Source: Candidatus Methylomirabilota bacterium (GTDB taxonomy: Bacteria > Methylomirabilota > Methylomirabilia > Rokubacteriales > CSP1-6). From it: a DNA stretch of 64,000 bases. Position numbers and translations under genes: made by a program. Each line of letters starts with the position of its first letter. Position 1 is the first letter of the stretch. Of the stretch, positions 63,183 through 64,000 are shown one piece after another. The stretch covers positions 8,072 to 72,071 of the forward strand of contig DASYVT010000113.1 of assembly GCA_035936835.1 (NCBI GenBank), read 5' to 3'. The notes under the pieces are model-generated. The model ran no database searches. It was not told where the DNA came from and saw only the letters and a program-made list of their open reading frames with translations.

Positions 63183-64000
63183 GTGAAGACCGACCTGCTC
63201 CTCATTCCCATGGGCGCGCGCTGGGCCGAGGTCCGCGCCGCGGCCGTGGCCGCCGACGAGGCGGGCTTCGACGGCATCTGGACCTGGGACCACCTGCGCG
63301 ACCCCGACGGCGACCCCGCGGGCGTGCCGGAGTGCCTGACCACTCTCGCCGCGCTCGCCGAGGTGACCAAGCGCTTGGTACTCGGGCCGCTCGTGCTCAA
63401 CGTCTCGAGCCGCCACCCGGGGCTCCTCGCGAACATGGCGGCCACGATCCAGCAGGTGTCGGGCGGGCGTCTCATCCTGGGACTCGGCGCCGGAGGGAGC
63501 AAGGCCACGCCCTATGCGCGGGAGCAGGAGGCGCTCGGCCTCTCGGTCGAGCCAGACGCCGTGCGGGCCCAGCGCGTGGCCGAGGCCGCGCAGATCCTCC
63601 GCCGCCTCTGGTCGGGTGATCGCGCGAGCTTCGCCGGCGCGCACTATCGCCTCGACAAGCCCGAGGGCTATCTGCGGGCCGATCCCGCGCCGCCCATCGT
63701 CATCGGCGGCTTCGGGCCGCGCATGGCGGCCATCGCCGGGAAGCACGGCGACGGCTTCAACACGCAGGCGCGCCACCCGCGGCTCGCGGAGCTGGCGCAG
63801 ATCGCGCGCAGCGAGCACAAGGCGGCGGGGCGCGACCCCGCGCGCTTCAGCCTGAGCGTCTTCGCGGGCTGGGCACCCGCCTGGCTCCGCGCCGATTCCG
63901 AGAACCGCGCCGCCCTCGCGCGCGTGGGCGTCGACCGCGTCATCCTTTTAACGGAGCCGCCCTATGATCCTTCCCAGATCCGCGCCGCCTCCCGCCTCCT
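63183..64000 (+). CDS. LLM-class F420/flavin-dependent oxidoreductase (partial; runs off the window end)
   Basis: GTG start. LLM signature GFDGIWTWDHL. The ORF is open to position 64000. Confidence 0.7.
   Translation, partial: MKTDLLLIPMGARWAEVRAAAVAADEAGFDGIWTWDHLRDPDGDPAGVPECLTTLAALAEVTKRLVLGPLVLNVSSRHPGLLANMAATIQQVSGGRLILGLGAGGSKATPYAREQEALGLSVEPDAVRAQRVAEAAQILRRLWSGDRASFAGAHYRLDKPEGYLRADPAPPIVIGGFGPRMAAIAGKHGDGFNTQARHPRLAELAQIARSEHKAAGRDPARFSLSVFAGWAPAWLRADSENRAALARVGVDRVILLTEPPYDPSQIRAASRL

Overview
This is a very GC-rich (about 70%) bacterial chromosomal window that is almost entirely coding, with roughly 70 genes. Gene order (tmk-holB-ricT...metG-tatD) and content (F420-type LLM and DUF385 enzymes, leaderless-looking promoters) point to a high-GC soil lineage such as Actinobacteria, Chloroflexi or Rokubacteria, not E. 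coli-like. No rRNA, tRNA, CRISPR, transposase or integrase was recognised. Many long antisense ORFs in the track are high-GC artefacts and were discarded.

Main blocks, left to right:
- Housekeeping at the left end: DUF465, moaC and an HDAC/AcuC-like gene.
- A PadR regulator with a membrane partner, followed by a 1170-aa Zn-ribbon / adenylate-guanylate cyclase / AAA-ATPase / TPR signalling protein.
- An orphan CoxL-like molybdopterin dehydrogenase with an adjacent cupin gene.
- A conserved tmk-holB-ricT...metG-tatD cluster interrupted by an orphan family-5 SBP and two membrane proteins.
- A roughly 19 kb aromatic/organic-acid catabolic island (19.8-38.8 kb): MenB/BadI-like crotonase, amidohydrolase-2, Liv-type ABC transporter, LLM oxidoreductase, enol-lactonase, SDR, kynurenine-formamidase-like cyclase, homogentisate-dioxygenase-like and gentisate-1,2-dioxygenase genes. 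It contains a nonsense-disrupted SBP pseudogene and REP-like hairpins.
- hisC, glnD, envelope genes (CDP-alcohol phosphatidyltransferase, Slt, RDD, M48) and msrPQ.
- A sulfur-redox cluster (55.1-59.2 kb): a VKOR-thioredoxin fusion gene, a 4-domain rhodanese, 3-mercaptopyruvate sulfurtransferase and a cysteine-dioxygenase-family cupin.
- A Co-type nitrile hydratase operon (beta, alpha, accessory) on the minus strand.

Two observations stand out. First, the VKOR-Trx gene has an in-frame TGA exactly at the first Cys of the FYGAxW-CxxC redox motif, with a hairpin downstream, which makes it a candidate selenocysteine-containing VKOR. Second, the nitrile hydratase accessory protein is an unusual fusion of a Cys-rich thioredoxin-like [2Fe-2S]/DUF1636-like domain to the beta-homologous activator domain, and the alpha subunit carries a His-rich tandem-repeat insertion next to the CTLCSC metal site.
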